64,000 bases of DNA, taken from the IMG/VR virus record IMGVR_UViG_2902229301_000001, positions 683 through 64,682 of that record. The stretch is one strand, 5' to 3'. Both the position numbers and the translations under genes were made by a program. The notes beneath the pieces were generated by a model. That model saw only the letters and a program-made list of their open reading frames with translations. It had not been told where the DNA came from and searched no databases. The stretch's first letter is position 1, and the number at the start of each line of letters is the position of its first letter. Origin of the DNA: a virus. Of the stretch, positions 36,272 to 47,010 are shown piece by piece.

Positions 36272-36753
36272 GCGAATAATCCTCCGATGGCAGATTGCGC
36301 CCGGTTAGCCATTTCCCCGGCGCTGCCGATCAAGCCCTCCGCCTGCTGGCGTAAATCGCCCAGCATGGCAGACAGCGACGAGTCCACGCGGGTCAGCGTG
36401 ATGGTAAACTCAATCCGCCGGGAGCGGCCATCGGTGAAAAAATCGGTTTTTTTCTGGCTGATACTGTTCACCACAAATACGCCGTAAATGGTGCCGCTGC
36501 CCTCAATTAGCGGCCATGCACGCCCCTGATCGGCCATCGTCTCCAGCATCAGCAACGACAGTGTGCCGCCTGTGATTTCCGGCAACAGTTCGCCTGACAG
36601 CGTGATTTTCTCGTCTTCAACGCCTAAGAACTGCAACGCCGGACGCTGACCGACGCGGCTGTTTGACGGCCAGCGGTAATCAACGTTGCGCTGCATGTTC
36701 TGGTAAGGCAGGGTCTGGAGCTGGAAGACAAACAGCCCTAATGTGAGCATCAT
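36268..36753 (-). CDS. U: Tail protein U
   Basis: Start refined to MMLTLGLFVF. Confidence 0.92.
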   Translation of the reverse strand: MMLTLGLFVFQLQTLPYQNMQRNVDYRWPSNSRVGQRPALQFLGVEDEKITLSGELLPEITGGTLSLLMLETMADQGRAWPLIEGSGTIYGVFVVNSISQKKTDFFTDGRSRRIEFTITLTRVDSSLSAMLGDLRQQAEGLIGSAGEMANRAQSAIGGLFA

Positions 36754-36757
36754 CGAA

Positions 36758-39433
36758 TTAACCTCCCTGATAACTGTACTGACTGAACGCGCGTGACCGC
36801 GCCGCCCGTTCCCGCTGCTCAAGCTGGCGCGTGACTTCCTGCGCGATGTCCTGCGCACTTTGGCCGGGCTGGGCAACAATGCTAATTGGCGCGTGAATGC
36901 TGACCGGGGACGATGCCGCGCTGGCCTGAACCGTTGGCGCTATCGGGCGATAGGCTGACATGTTCATGGCTGCGGACGCCAGCGCCGCCGTTTTTTTACG
37001 GCTGGTGACATTGGCCGGACCCTCAACGATTTCCGGCCCATGTTCACCGACGACGGCAAACTCTCCCAGCTTGATCCCACCGCCGTTATCGCGTACACCG
37101 CTGTATCGGGCAGCAATTGACGTTGCGTCGACCCCCTGCGGTGTCGGGGCGCGGCTCACACCCGCGTTTAATGCGGCGGCGCCTTCTGGGGTCAACGCCT
37201 CTTTAGGGACTTTATCGCCAAGGCCATCTGATTTTTTATCAATAACACCGAGTTTTTCCAGCACCCAGTCAATGCCGCCTCGCAACAGATTCAATGCCTT
37301 TACAGGCATGGTCAGCGCATTTGCCAACATCTCACCGAATGCAACACCTGCATTACGGCAACTGTCTAACGTTTCCTGAGTTGATTTAACTGGGGCGACC
37401 AACTGTTTAAACCATTCCCATGCCGCCGATAGCTTTTCCCCCAGCCAGTCAAATACAGGCTTTAGTGGTGCAAACAGCTCGGCTATTGGCGCAAACGCGA
37501 TTTTCAGCCCTTCAAGTACGCCGCCGAAAAATGCACCGATTGGCTCCCAATATTTACGGATCAGCAACGCGCCAACAACGATTGCCGCAATAGCCCCAGC
37601 AAAAATAGCGACAACACTCAATATGGGTAACGACAGTGCAGTCATTGCCGTTGTAATGACGCCCCCGGCCATACTGAATCCAACGCTGAGCAACCCCGCT
37701 CCAGCAATCAGGGCATTAACCCCCGCCATCACAGGCCACGCAACCAGCCCGATCCCACCCAGTACCGTAATTAACGCCGTGGCGGCTGCGCCTACCATCA
37801 CTATCTGGCGCGTCAGCTCCGGGTTAGCCTTGACCCATTCATTGACGCGGGTTAACCACTCCGTCGCGGCCTGCGTCAGTTTGCGCAGTGCGCCGTCATC
37901 GTCATTGAACAGGTTAAAGCGCAGGCTGGCCATCACGCCCTGAAGCCGCCCGATATCCCCTTGCAGGTTATCGCGCAGGGTATCCCCCATCCGGTCAGCC
38001 GCCCCGGACACGTCGCCCAGCTTGTTTTCGGTTCCGGCCAGCGCGGCCAGAAATTTCGGTATCTGGTCGATAGAAAGGTCTTCAATCGGCGTACCAAACA
38101 GGGCAATGGCAGCATTTGCCCGTTCTGCCGGGTCTTTGATTTTCAGCAGCCCGTTGGCGGTTTTCTGCATTGCCGCCCGCGCTTTATCGCCCCCGCTGGC
38201 GATGGCGTTAGACATTTTTGCCGCATTGAGTCCGATGGCGTCATACGCTTCAATGCTGGCCTTTGACATGTCCGACCCGCGAATACTGAATTCCTTAATC
38301 GCGTCGCCTGTTTTGTCCAGCGCGAACTTGCCTTGCTGCGCCATCTCAACCAGCAGCGTCATGGCTTCCGATCCGCTGAATCCCATGTTGCGGAAGTGGG
38401 TTGAATATTCATGTAGGATTTCCGGCAGTTCTCCGCGCATCTGTGCAGACACGCGCTGCATCCCGGATACCATCAAATCAAACGCCTCATCGCTATTTTT
38501 CGCGAGGCCGTTTTTCATCATGATGGCGGCTATCTGGATACTCTCCGCCGCATCACTGCCGAGCGCCGTTTGTACGTCCAGCGCTTTACGGGAGATCCGC
38601 GCAAGCTCGGTTGCCCCTACATCACCCAGCGCACCGAGCGTACTACGCGCGGCGGCCACCGCGTCTGCTATCTGGTTGATGTCGCCACTGACTCCAGAGG
38701 CGTTAATCTCCTTGATAACACGGGTGTACTGTTCGCCGTCGGCCGCATTTCCGCCCGTCTGCGCCGCAATGCGCGCCCCGTGTCCGTCGGCCTGAACCGA
38801 GGGGGCAATTAGCCGACTGCCTGCATACAGTGCCGCTGACCCGCCCGCAAAGGCTGCCGCGCTGGTATTGCGTACGGCGGCGGTAATTTCTTTGCCTTTC
38901 TCGTAGCGCTTTTTGACCGCATTCAGTTTTTCCTGTTGCTGGCTCACGCGTGCCAGCGCTGCCCGTTGTCGGTTCAGGGTGTCGGTAGCGGCAGCAATAT
39001 TCGTTCTGAGTTGTCGCTCGGCACTTGCCAGATTGCGCGTATCGATGCCCGCCGCCCGCAATGCACCGCGCTGGTTCTGAACAGACTGTCGCAGGCGGTT
39101 TTGTTGCGCCTGTAACTCCGTGGCTTTTTTGCGCGCCTCTTCCAGCGCCTTAGTCTGGGCGCGGGTTGGGTTGGCGGTGTTTCGGAACGCAACCGCCAAC
39201 GCGGCGGCGTCAGCTTTTGCCTTTTCCAGCGCCCGTCCCGTATTTGCCAGTTCTGTGCTGGTTCGCCGGAATCCCTCAATGCGCCCGGCCTGTGCGTTCA
39301 GGCTGCGCAACTGGTCTTGCGACCCCTGAATTTCACCCGACAGTGTGCGCGCCGCATCCTGCACCGCCCGAAAGGGGCGGGTTGCCTGATCAACGGCGCG
39401 CAACAATACACTGAGTTGTAGACTGTTACTCAT
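36758..39433 (-). CDS. T: Tail tape measure protein T
   Basis: MSNSLQLSVLLRAVDQATRPF, 891 aa. Confidence 0.93.
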   Translation of the reverse strand: MSNSLQLSVLLRAVDQATRPFRAVQDAARTLSGEIQGSQDQLRSLNAQAGRIEGFRRTSTELANTGRALEKAKADAAALAVAFRNTANPTRAQTKALEEARKKATELQAQQNRLRQSVQNQRGALRAAGIDTRNLASAERQLRTNIAAATDTLNRQRAALARVSQQQEKLNAVKKRYEKGKEITAAVRNTSAAAFAGGSAALYAGSRLIAPSVQADGHGARIAAQTGGNAADGEQYTRVIKEINASGVSGDINQIADAVAAARSTLGALGDVGATELARISRKALDVQTALGSDAAESIQIAAIMMKNGLAKNSDEAFDLMVSGMQRVSAQMRGELPEILHEYSTHFRNMGFSGSEAMTLLVEMAQQGKFALDKTGDAIKEFSIRGSDMSKASIEAYDAIGLNAAKMSNAIASGGDKARAAMQKTANGLLKIKDPAERANAAIALFGTPIEDLSIDQIPKFLAALAGTENKLGDVSGAADRMGDTLRDNLQGDIGRLQGVMASLRFNLFNDDDGALRKLTQAATEWLTRVNEWVKANPELTRQIVMVGAAATALITVLGGIGLVAWPVMAGVNALIAGAGLLSVGFSMAGGVITTAMTALSLPILSVVAIFAGAIAAIVVGALLIRKYWEPIGAFFGGVLEGLKIAFAPIAELFAPLKPVFDWLGEKLSAAWEWFKQLVAPVKSTQETLDSCRNAGVAFGEMLANALTMPVKALNLLRGGIDWVLEKLGVIDKKSDGLGDKVPKEALTPEGAAALNAGVSRAPTPQGVDATSIAARYSGVRDNGGGIKLGEFAVVGEHGPEIVEGPANVTSRKKTAALASAAMNMSAYRPIAPTVQASAASSPVSIHAPISIVAQPGQSAQDIAQEVTRQLEQRERAARSRAFSQYSYQGG

Positions 39434-39608
39434 TGTTATGGTGTCCGCTGCGTTTCAGCGCTTTGTCGCGCCACAAAATCAACTCGGTGAGGGTCATCGG
39501 GTACAGCTCGGATGGCGGCCAGTGAAAAATCACTGCGATATCCGCCATCAGCTCATCAACACTCAGGCTTCGGGGTAGTCCGCCTGTTGCGATTTCGGCG
39601 TCAAAAAA
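39426..39608 (-). other. -1 frameshift site (TTTTTTG at 39602-39608) and E' extension
   Basis: The -1 frame reads DELMADIAVIFHWPPSEL, stop at 39426-39428. Confidence 0.85.
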
Positions 39609-39859
39609 CCGATCACCTTGCCTGCGATGGTAATCATATCCGGCAATTCCATACGGGCGATTTCGGTTTCGGTCAGTGCTGGCAGCGTCATGCGTGGCAG
39701 CACTTTAATCATCGCGTCTACGTCCGACCCGGCCAGCGCCGCCAGGCTGACGCCGCGCAGCGTTCCGGTAGTTGGTTTAATCAGGGTGATAGTGTCGATG
39801 ACGGTTTCGCCGCGCTTGATAGGGGTTTCCAGTGTTACCACGTTGTCGTGTTTGTTCAT
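39563..39859 (-). CDS. E: Tail assembly chaperone E
   Basis: MNKHDNVVTLETPIKRG...GTLRGVSL. Confidence 0.9.
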   Translation of the reverse strand: MNKHDNVVTLETPIKRGETVIDTITLIKPTTGTLRGVSLAALAGSDVDAMIKVLPRMTLPALTETEIARMELPDMITIAGKVIGFLTPKSQQADYPEA

Positions 39860-39926
39860 GATGTTGCCTCTGTGTTCAAATAGAAAATAGAAAGAAGTCG
39901 GCCAGCACCGTGCTGGCCGGACAGGG

Positions 39927-40448
39927 TTACGCCAGACCAATCGCCCGGCGGTGTTGTTCCAGACGGTCAACGCCGTTGACACGCTCAATCATGTTGATGG
40001 TGTCAATCTCGATCATTTCTTTGCCGTCCACGGTCAGCTTGTAATAGGTACATTGAGTGGAAATTTTTGTTTCTGTGTCTTCGCCCTGTTTGCTTTCGCC
40101 GCCGTCGATTTCTTTATGACGGCCACGCATCACAACCTCTACCGTCACAATTGCCCCGGTGTCGTCACGCTGATACGACCCGGTAAAGCGCAGCAGCACC
40201 GCATCGGCACCCGGTGCGGCATACTGTGCCAACAACGTTTCGTCAGCGAATCCGCCCATTGTCCATTCCATCGATAGCGCGTCATCGTCCAGACCAAAAT
40301 CAATCGGCGCGGTGCCGTTCATGCCGCCGCCGCGATAGTTCTCCAGCTTGCGCGTGAGTTTCGGCAGCGTAACGGCGGTGGCGACACCCATGTAGCTCAT
40401 GCCGTCATTGAACAGGTTCATAAATTTTAGTTTGCGAGGCAGTGCCAT
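39927..40448 (-). CDS. FII: Major tail tube protein FII
   Basis: MALPRKLKFMNLFNDG. Confidence 0.96.
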   Translation of the reverse strand: MALPRKLKFMNLFNDGMSYMGVATAVTLPKLTRKLENYRGGGMNGTAPIDFGLDDDALSMEWTMGGFADETLLAQYAAPGADAVLLRFTGSYQRDDTGAIVTVEVVMRGRHKEIDGGESKQGEDTETKISTQCTYYKLTVDGKEMIEIDTINMIERVNGVDRLEQHRRAIGLA

Positions 40449-40462
40449 AGCGCGGTAGCTCC

Positions 40463-41632
40463 TTAGCTGTTGACCGACGCGGCCAGATTCACCAGATATT
40501 TATCGGTGATGCGCTGGCGCAGGGTGAGATTTTCCAGTGGGGGAACGGGGGTATAGTCGTAATCGATATATAACTTCCCAGCCTTGAGCGTTTCCTTATC
40601 GTTGGCGGTGTCGTCATACCAGCAATCGGCATCAATGATGTAGCCGTTAGATTTCAGCTCACGGAATTTCGCCTTGATACCTTCGATAATGTCTTTGATA
40701 AGCGTTGGCGTAACAGGCTTATCCACCGCCCACATGTGTGCTTCGGCCATCGTATCGGCCAGTACCTGTGCGGTGCGAGTGTAGTTCTCAAACAGGAACA
40801 GCGGATCGTCAGAACAGGTGCGGTTACCCCAGAAGCGGAAGCCGTCCTTACGAACCAGCGTGGTGACACCTGCTTCATTCAGTAAATCCGCGTCGGTGCC
40901 GGGTGCCTGCAAATCCCAATACACCGAGGCGCTGATACCCGTCACGCCGTTCACGCCGACGTTAGACAGGGTTTTATGCCAGCCTGTCTCTTGGTCGATT
41001 TTGGCACGCAATCCCAGAGCGCGGGCGGTGGCATACGCTGTGGCGCTGGCGTTGGCCGTGGTGTCCCACGCGATAAAATCCGGCCAGATCACCATCAGTT
41101 CACGCTGGCTGAAATTTTCCCGGTAGTTGATGGCGTCCGACAGGGTTTTGCAGCCCCACGCGCTGACGTAACCAAAAGCATGCAGCGACTGACAAATGGA
41201 CGCTAACGCCGTGGCAACGGGCAGCGAGTCCAGCCCCGGCGCACCGAGAATGCGCGGCTTCACGCCTGTTACCGACAGGGCATCTAACAGGGCTTTCATC
41301 CCGGTGTATTTGCCGTTTTCGTCGCTGCCGCCGATCACATTGCTGATGGTTTCGGCTTCATCTTTACCCTCGGCCACACGCACCACAACGGTGACGGGTT
41401 TGGACTGGTCGGCGATGGCAGACAGGGCAGCGGCCAGCGTGCCTTTTTTCCCGGCCTTGCCGACGGCAGACAGCACATTGGTAATCAGTACCGGGATATT
41501 GAGGGGAAAGGTTGCCGCATCAGCATCGGCGGCGGTACACACCATGCCGATAATGGCCGTTGATACAGTAGAAATAACGCGCGTACCGTCGTTGACTTCG
41601 ACGACCTGCACGCCGTGGTGAAAATCACTCAT
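40463..41632 (-). CDS. FI: Tail sheath protein FI
   Basis: [10 protein letters not shown]...[13 protein letters not shown]. Confidence 0.96.
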   Translation of the reverse strand: MSDFHHGVQVVEVNDGTRVISTVSTAIIGMVCTAADADAATFPLNIPVLITNVLSAVGKAGKKGTLAAALSAIADQSKPVTVVVRVAEGKDEAETISNVIGGSDENGKYTGMKALLDALSVTGVKPRILGAPGLDSLPVATALASICQSLHAFGYVSAWGCKTLSDAINYRENFSQRELMVIWPDFIAWDTTANASATAYATARALGLRAKIDQETGWHKTLSNVGVNGVTGISASVYWDLQAPGTDADLLNEAGVTTLVRKDGFRFWGNRTCSDDPLFLFENYTRTAQVLADTMAEAHMWAVDKPVTPTLIKDIIEGIKAKFRELKSNGYIIDADCWYDDTANDKETLKAGKLYIDYDYTPVPPLENLTLRQRITDKYLVNLAASVNS

Positions 41633-41760
41633 AAATTCAGGCTCCAGCTAATAGCACTATTGCTGCATTAGGAGCGGTTATTGTCCGGTGTGGTGCGAGC
41701 GTGGGCGAGTGATGCGGGTACGGTGGGGGCTGGTACAACAAAGAGACGGAAAACAGGCAC

Positions 41761-41914
41761 AAAAAAAGCCCACCGTCTCGCTAACGGTGGGCTTTGCTTT
41801 CCCTGACATGTCATTATTTTTAAAACCAACAACATAATGGCATTTTGGGTGACTATTTTATAAACGTTTATACAGATCGATTAAGCGTTATTGATCGGCG
41901 GTAGCGATCAATTC
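41761..41914 (+). repeat. Conserved tail-fibre-adjacent element, copy 2 (no cargo gene), with terminator hairpin
   Basis: Colinear with 7304-7458; hairpin AAAGCCCACCGT/ACGGTGGGCTTT. Confidence 0.85.
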
Positions 41915-41923
41915 TGACTTATA

Positions 41924-43999
41924 TCAGAAGTCGTAAACCATAACGGTAACCATCGGTGTTCTTATGATGTTATCCATGTTGTTATCTGATACACAAATCG
42001 ATAGATGACTGTTATCTAGAAAATCCGCATGAGGAATGGCAGCGAATCGCTGATTAGCAAAATTTTTTCGTCCGTATATTTGAATAGGGAGTCCGATGTA
42101 TGCATCTATCTCAGATTCAGCATGAGCAATGATGGGGGCACGAATGTTTGAAACAGGAGAGTCTAGCTCAACATTCATCTGATATTGCAGCCCATCAATT
42201 TCAGCAACCTGTCCAATCGCGCGCATACCCACTTCACGGTAAACCAATCCCATAATATAGAAAGATTTTTTTGAACCAGCTGCAATCCCGTGGTTGGGGT
42301 AGTTAATTTCCCACATACCATTAGATGCATTCATGCCAGCGTCCATTGTAATTTTGGTCACTGGAAAACTGCCGATAAAACGGCGGCGGACATACGGTGC
42401 ACTGATCACATCGGTCAGCGTTGCGTCAACCAAAACCATTTTTGTCACACCCAGCTCGACATAAAAGCCCTGGTCTTGGCGAGTAATGTAGCAACGCAGT
42501 GTATTTGCATTCATCGCAGTAAATTCAACACCAATAGCATTCATCGGTGAATATTGACCAAACGCCTTCATCGTGATGCCCAGATTCAAATTAATATCAG
42601 ATGTTCCATCAAAAATTACGCCATTAATCTTACGCGGCGTTGCCAATTTAGTCGCCGCCGCCGCAGTTCCATCCGCTGGCAACGCTGCATTCGCTTTTGC
42701 CTGCGCGTTAGTTGCAATAGAGTGAGCCGTAAAAAGCTGCTGCGCTGTCGCAGCAATAGTTCTGCTATTAGTGTTAATTGACGAGCTCAACGCCACCACA
42801 CCCGCGACGTCATATGATGCCGCGGGAACGTTTTTAATCTGTGACCAGTCAGAATCAACGCTAATATCTGCCGTACCGTCAAATGCCACGCCGTTGATTT
42901 TTCGGGCTGTAGCAAGCTTAGTCGCCGCAGCCGCAGTGCCACCCGCAGTCAGCGCACCAACGTCACCAGCAGTGAGCACGATATCTGCCGACAGCGCTTT
43001 GCCGTTAACGGTACGGCCAGACGGCACACGTCCATTGGCATTGGTATTCGCGTTAGTCGCTGCCGTAGCGGCATTATTCGCGGCGGTGGTTGCTGCGGTG
43101 ACGCGTGTGTCAGTTTCTACTTTGGTGTATGCCCCCACATCCCCTGCACCCAGCGCGATATCTGCCGACAGCGCTTTACCGTTAACGGTACGGCCAGACG
43201 GCACACGTCCATTGGCATTGGTATTCGCGTTAGCCGCTGCCGTAGCGGCCGTGTTCGCGGCAGCTACGGCGACAGAAACAGCCGTATCGGTTTCCAGTTT
43301 GGTATATGCCCCGACATCTCCGGCACCCAGCGTAATGTCAGCCGTCAGCGCCTTACCGTTAACCTTACGGCCAGACGGCACCCGCCCGTTGGCATTATCA
43401 TTCACGGCCTTTACTGCTTTCGGGGTTGCGGCCAGTACGTCACTGTCGCTGTTCGTCGCGTTGCTCAGTTGCACGAATCCTTTTGCCGTCAGTGTCCCGT
43501 CAGGGTGTTTGCGACTCTTTTCATGCTCCGCCAGTGCATCATCCACATACCCCCGCGTTGCCAGTACCACAGCCGGGTCAATTTTCAGTGTCACGGCGTC
43601 GGTACTGCTGACAATCAAAATCATGCGCACAGTCTGAATACGGCCGCTTCCCTCTTGTAGCTGGGGTTTGTAGGTTTCAGGGCAATTGGCGACAGCAATC
43701 AGATTGCCGTCGTCATCAAACAGGCCGACTTCCCGCACCCACCAACCGCCTTCATTTTCGGGGATCACTTGCTCGGCGATAATCTGGCTGGGGTTTTTCG
43801 GGTCAATGCTCAGGTTGTTGAGTGCCGCCCGGCGCTTTTCGTTAATCAGCGTGGTTTGTGCCGGGTTTGGGGTTGGCAATACGCCGCCGCCGTCACCCAC
43901 GGCCATCCGGGTGATGTTCAGACGACTACCCAGCGTAGTGGCGTTAGCCAGTTTGGCTGCGCCGATGTTGGTTAACAGGGCAAAATAGGTTGCACTCAT
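41924..43999 (-). CDS. H: Tail fibre protein H
   Basis: gpH N-terminal domain, 59-aa repeats, distinct C-terminal tip. Confidence 0.93.
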   Translation of the reverse strand: MSATYFALLTNIGAAKLANATTLGSRLNITRMAVGDGGGVLPTPNPAQTTLINEKRRAALNNLSIDPKNPSQIIAEQVIPENEGGWWVREVGLFDDDGNLIAVANCPETYKPQLQEGSGRIQTVRMILIVSSTDAVTLKIDPAVVLATRGYVDDALAEHEKSRKHPDGTLTAKGFVQLSNATNSDSDVLAATPKAVKAVNDNANGRVPSGRKVNGKALTADITLGAGDVGAYTKLETDTAVSVAVAAANTAATAAANANTNANGRVPSGRTVNGKALSADIALGAGDVGAYTKVETDTRVTAATTAANNAATAATNANTNANGRVPSGRTVNGKALSADIVLTAGDVGALTAGGTAAAATKLATARKINGVAFDGTADISVDSDWSQIKNVPAASYDVAGVVALSSSINTNSRTIAATAQQLFTAHSIATNAQAKANAALPADGTAAAATKLATPRKINGVIFDGTSDINLNLGITMKAFGQYSPMNAIGVEFTAMNANTLRCYITRQDQGFYVELGVTKMVLVDATLTDVISAPYVRRRFIGSFPVTKITMDAGMNASNGMWEINYPNHGIAAGSKKSFYIMGLVYREVGMRAIGQVAEIDGLQYQMNVELDSPVSNIRAPIIAHAESEIDAYIGLPIQIYGRKNFANQRFAAIPHADFLDNSHLSICVSDNNMDNIIRTPMVTVMVYDF
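42953..43396 (-). repeat. 177-bp tail fibre repeat, 2 full + 1 partial unit
   Basis: Units start at 43396, 43219, 43042. Confidence 0.9.
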
Positions 44000-44607
44000 G
44001 CGGTTATGCTCACGTTGTCGATTAAATGAAGTGCTGCCCCGGTCACATCCAGACCGGACACAGTAATGGTTTCAGGAAAATAGGGGTAAATGGTCAGGTC
44101 ATCACCGCTGTATGTTGTAGCGGCAACATAGGCCGCACCTTGTGTGTCGAGGTTGATATTCAGCCCCAGCAGGTGACGTGACGCGGGTTTCGCGTCGGCA
44201 ATCAGGCGTTCCAGCTCGTAAAAGGTTTCTTCGGTGATGCCGTTATCCTGCACGCCGATGTCCAGTCGGAACGTGCCAGGCTCGCCGCCGTTCTGAAACC
44301 ATTCACTGATACGGATCAGATAACCAAACGGCTCCACCACACGCCGCAGCGCGCCGATGGTGCCTTTGTGGCGATGGATAAAGAACGCATCGCGGATCAC
44401 TTGACGTTTCACGCTCTCCGGCCACGCCTCATCCCAGCGGTCAACGGAAAACGCCCACGCCAGATACGGCAGCAAGTGCGCGGGGCAGGTGTCCGGGTTC
44501 CACAGCAGACGCAGGGGAACCGGTACGCGGGTAATCTCTGCACAGGCAGTGGCGGCGGCGACTTCCAGCGCGGACGATCCGACAGGCAGCAAGCGGGTAT
44601 CACTCAT
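43996..44607 (-). CDS. I: Tail protein I
   Basis: LLPYLAWAFSVDRWD. Confidence 0.95.
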   Translation of the reverse strand: MSDTRLLPVGSSALEVAAATACAEITRVPVPLRLLWNPDTCPAHLLPYLAWAFSVDRWDEAWPESVKRQVIRDAFFIHRHKGTIGALRRVVEPFGYLIRISEWFQNGGEPGTFRLDIGVQDNGITEETFYELERLIADAKPASRHLLGLNINLDTQGAAYVAATTYSGDDLTIYPYFPETITVSGLDVTGAALHLIDNVSITA

Positions 44608-45508
44608 CGGCACCGCCTACACCCAGCCGATAGCCGGAACAGTAGGACGCCTGCCCGGCGGTCAGCACGATATCAGCGGCGGGTGTCGTCAGCTCGACCC
44701 GTTGCACGCCCTCGACGTGCAGCGCAGCGTAAATCGCCGAGCGACGAATATCCCGCCCCAATCGGTGCTGCGCACTGATATAGGCTTTCAGCCTCTGCTC
44801 GGCAGCGGCGCGCACTGGCTCCGCTTCGGGACTCCGATACAGGTACAGCGTGGCGTCAATCTCATAAGGCACAATGGCTGCGGATTGCACCGTTACCCGG
44901 TCAGCCACCGGGCGCACGTCTTCGCCGTTCAGCGCAGTAGCGACGATAGCGACCAGTTCCGGGCTGGCGCTGCCGTCCCCTTCGCGTGACAGTACCGACA
45001 CCGTAACGCTGGCCGGGCTGGGGCTGATAACCGACACATCCGCCACACGCCCGTCGGCGCTGCGTCCGTGGTACTGATAGGCACCAACCGACCCGGCAAC
45101 GCTTAATCCCTCGAAAGACTGCTGAATGCGCAGGCGAAAATCGCTGTCGGATTCCATCAGGGCAGGCGTTGGCGGCAGGGTTGAATCGTCAGCCGGGGTG
45201 ATCACCAGACGGGCAACGCTAAAATTCGCGCCGAGCTGGTCGAGGTCATCCCCCTGCGCATACGCCACCATCACGGCGCGAGCGGCTTCATTGACGCGCT
45301 GGCGCCATATCAGTTCACGATAGGCGTTTTCCTGTAGCAGCTTGACCAGCGGATCGGATTCCAGCGTCAGCGTGCGGGCAACGGCGGCGCGCTGGTCTTC
45401 CGGGTAGAGCGACAGCAGCACCGCTTTGCGCTCGATGTAAATTGCCTCGTAGTCCAGTTCTTCCACCACGGCAGGTGCGGGAAGCTGGCTTAAATCAATC
45501 ATCGCCAT
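44600..45508 (-). CDS. J: Baseplate protein J
   Basis: IDLSQLPAPAVVEELDYE. Confidence 0.95.
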   Translation of the reverse strand: MAMIDLSQLPAPAVVEELDYEAIYIERKAVLLSLYPEDQRAAVARTLTLESDPLVKLLQENAYRELIWRQRVNEAARAVMVAYAQGDDLDQLGANFSVARLVITPADDSTLPPTPALMESDSDFRLRIQQSFEGLSVAGSVGAYQYHGRSADGRVADVSVISPSPASVTVSVLSREGDGSASPELVAIVATALNGEDVRPVADRVTVQSAAIVPYEIDATLYLYRSPEAEPVRAAAEQRLKAYISAQHRLGRDIRRSAIYAALHVEGVQRVELTTPAADIVLTAGQASYCSGYRLGVGGADE

Positions 45509-45511
45509 GTG

Positions 45512-45856
45512 TCAGCTCACAGGAACAGAAAGGGAAACGGCGTTGCTGTCAGCCAGCACGCCCGTAATATCAACGGCCAGCTTGCCGTCGAATGTGCTGG
45601 TAAGGTTGATGGCCGTCAGCGTGATGCGTGGCTCCCAGCGCAGCAGCGCCATGTAACACGCGGCCATCACCTGCAATTTCACAGCGGGATTTTGCGGCTG
45701 GTCGACCAGCGCCGACAGCAGCGACCCGTAATCCCGGCGCATCACCCGCGACCCGACGGGGGTAATGAGAATATCGCGCACGCTCTGGCGAATGTGTTCG
45801 ATATCGCCGAGGGTCTGGCCGCTGTCACGGCTCATGCCGAGGTAACGTGCTGTCAT
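45512..45856 (-). CDS. W: Baseplate protein W
   Basis: HIRQSVRDILITPVGSRVMRRDYGS. Confidence 0.95.
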   Translation of the reverse strand: MTARYLGMSRDSGQTLGDIEHIRQSVRDILITPVGSRVMRRDYGSLLSALVDQPQNPAVKLQVMAACYMALLRWEPRITLTAINLTSTFDGKLAVDITGVLADSNAVSLSVPVS

Positions 45857-46488
45857 AGTGGCGCACCCGTTATGCCGCCGCTGTCGCCGGGGTGTTTGTG
45901 GGTGTGTAACACTTTGCCATTGGACGACAGCGACCCGCCGGAATGCTCTATGTTGCCGCTCATCGTGCCGCCTTGTTTCACCTCCAGCGTTCCCGTAATC
46001 AGTTTGTTGGTACAGACCACTTCGGGCGTGTCTAATGTGATGCGGGTTGACGCTTTCACCGTGACCAGTGGCACCGTGGCGGTGAGGGATTCAGATGCGG
46101 TGATATCGGCGGTTTTAATCCCGCTGACGGTCAGCGCCCCGGTTGCGGGTTCGTACTCAATCACCGCACCGTCGGGAAAGGTGACGTGATACGCATCGGC
46201 AGACGCCGACGGCGCGGGGTGGTCATCGGAATAGATGCCGGGCAACACAAAGGCGGTATCCAGCTCGCCACCGATGGACAGGATCAACACCTGCTCACCG
46301 ATGGACGGTGCCCACCAGTCGCGGGAGCGTCCGGCACGGCGGGTTAACCAGTTCAACCAGCCTGTGGTCATGTCGCCAGTTTGCACCCGGCACAGGGCGT
46401 CCGCGGTGTTGACGTGGGTCACGACGCCGACACGGATCAGATTGCGCAGTAGGCGCTGAATTTCGGTAAGGGTGGCTTGTGTTTTCAT
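45853..46488 (-). CDS. V: Baseplate spike V
   Basis: Start refined; 211 aa; WWAPSIGEQVL, HTHKH. Confidence 0.95.
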   Translation of the reverse strand: MKTQATLTEIQRLLRNLIRVGVVTHVNTADALCRVQTGDMTTGWLNWLTRRAGRSRDWWAPSIGEQVLILSIGGELDTAFVLPGIYSDDHPAPSASADAYHVTFPDGAVIEYEPATGALTVSGIKTADITASESLTATVPLVTVKASTRITLDTPEVVCTNKLITGTLEVKQGGTMSGNIEHSGGSLSSNGKVLHTHKHPGDSGGITGAPL

Positions 46489-46560
46489 GGGGAAAAGAAT
46501 GCCGCCGGGGGAGAACAGCGGCAATGTGATGCGGTTTGCTGGTCAGTCAGACAACAAGAG

Positions 46561-47010
46561 TTATTGCCTCAAGTGGTCGATTAATACCTCGTCCATTTTT
46601 TTTATGTCCTCCGTACTAAATCCCAACAATTGCCGGGCTGGATAGCGTACTACAGGGCTGAACCGCGTGGGTTTATCTCTCAATCCGTATTGATGCACTC
46701 GCGCAATCCGTTGTACGCGCCCGATGAATTCGACACTAGCAGCATCAGACGTTCCCTTTGACTTCAGGTATTTTGCAGCACGTAACTTCTGAAACATCTG
46801 ACGTTTAACCCGCTCACGTTTATTACGAATCGGGGAGGGTTGACGTGGCTCATATTGAGCGCCATCCGGGGATTGTTGCTTTTTAATGCGCTGCTGCTGT
46901 CCTGCCCGTAACGCCTTCGCCATTTTCCCTGCTAACTGACGCCGCCCCGGTGCTGTCAAACTCTCTAACAACGCCGCTAATTTATCCTCAAACGGTTTCA
47001 GCTCATTCAT
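46561..47010 (-). CDS. S: Tail completion protein S
   Basis: QQQRIKKQQSPDG, MFQKLR, HQYGL. Confidence 0.93.
   Translation of the reverse strand: MNELKPFEDKLAALLESLTAPGRRQLAGKMAKALRAGQQQRIKKQQSPDGAQYEPRQPSPIRNKRERVKRQMFQKLRAAKYLKSKGTSDAASVEFIGRVQRIARVHQYGLRDKPTRFSPVVRYPARQLLGFSTEDIKKMDEVLIDHLRQ

Noticed and set aside
9232-43219. Diversity-generating retroelement (TR/VR) explanation for the duplicated fibre sequence
   Set aside because: No reverse transcriptase in the window; both copies lie in intact genes; the visible differences are mostly synonymous, not adenine-specific
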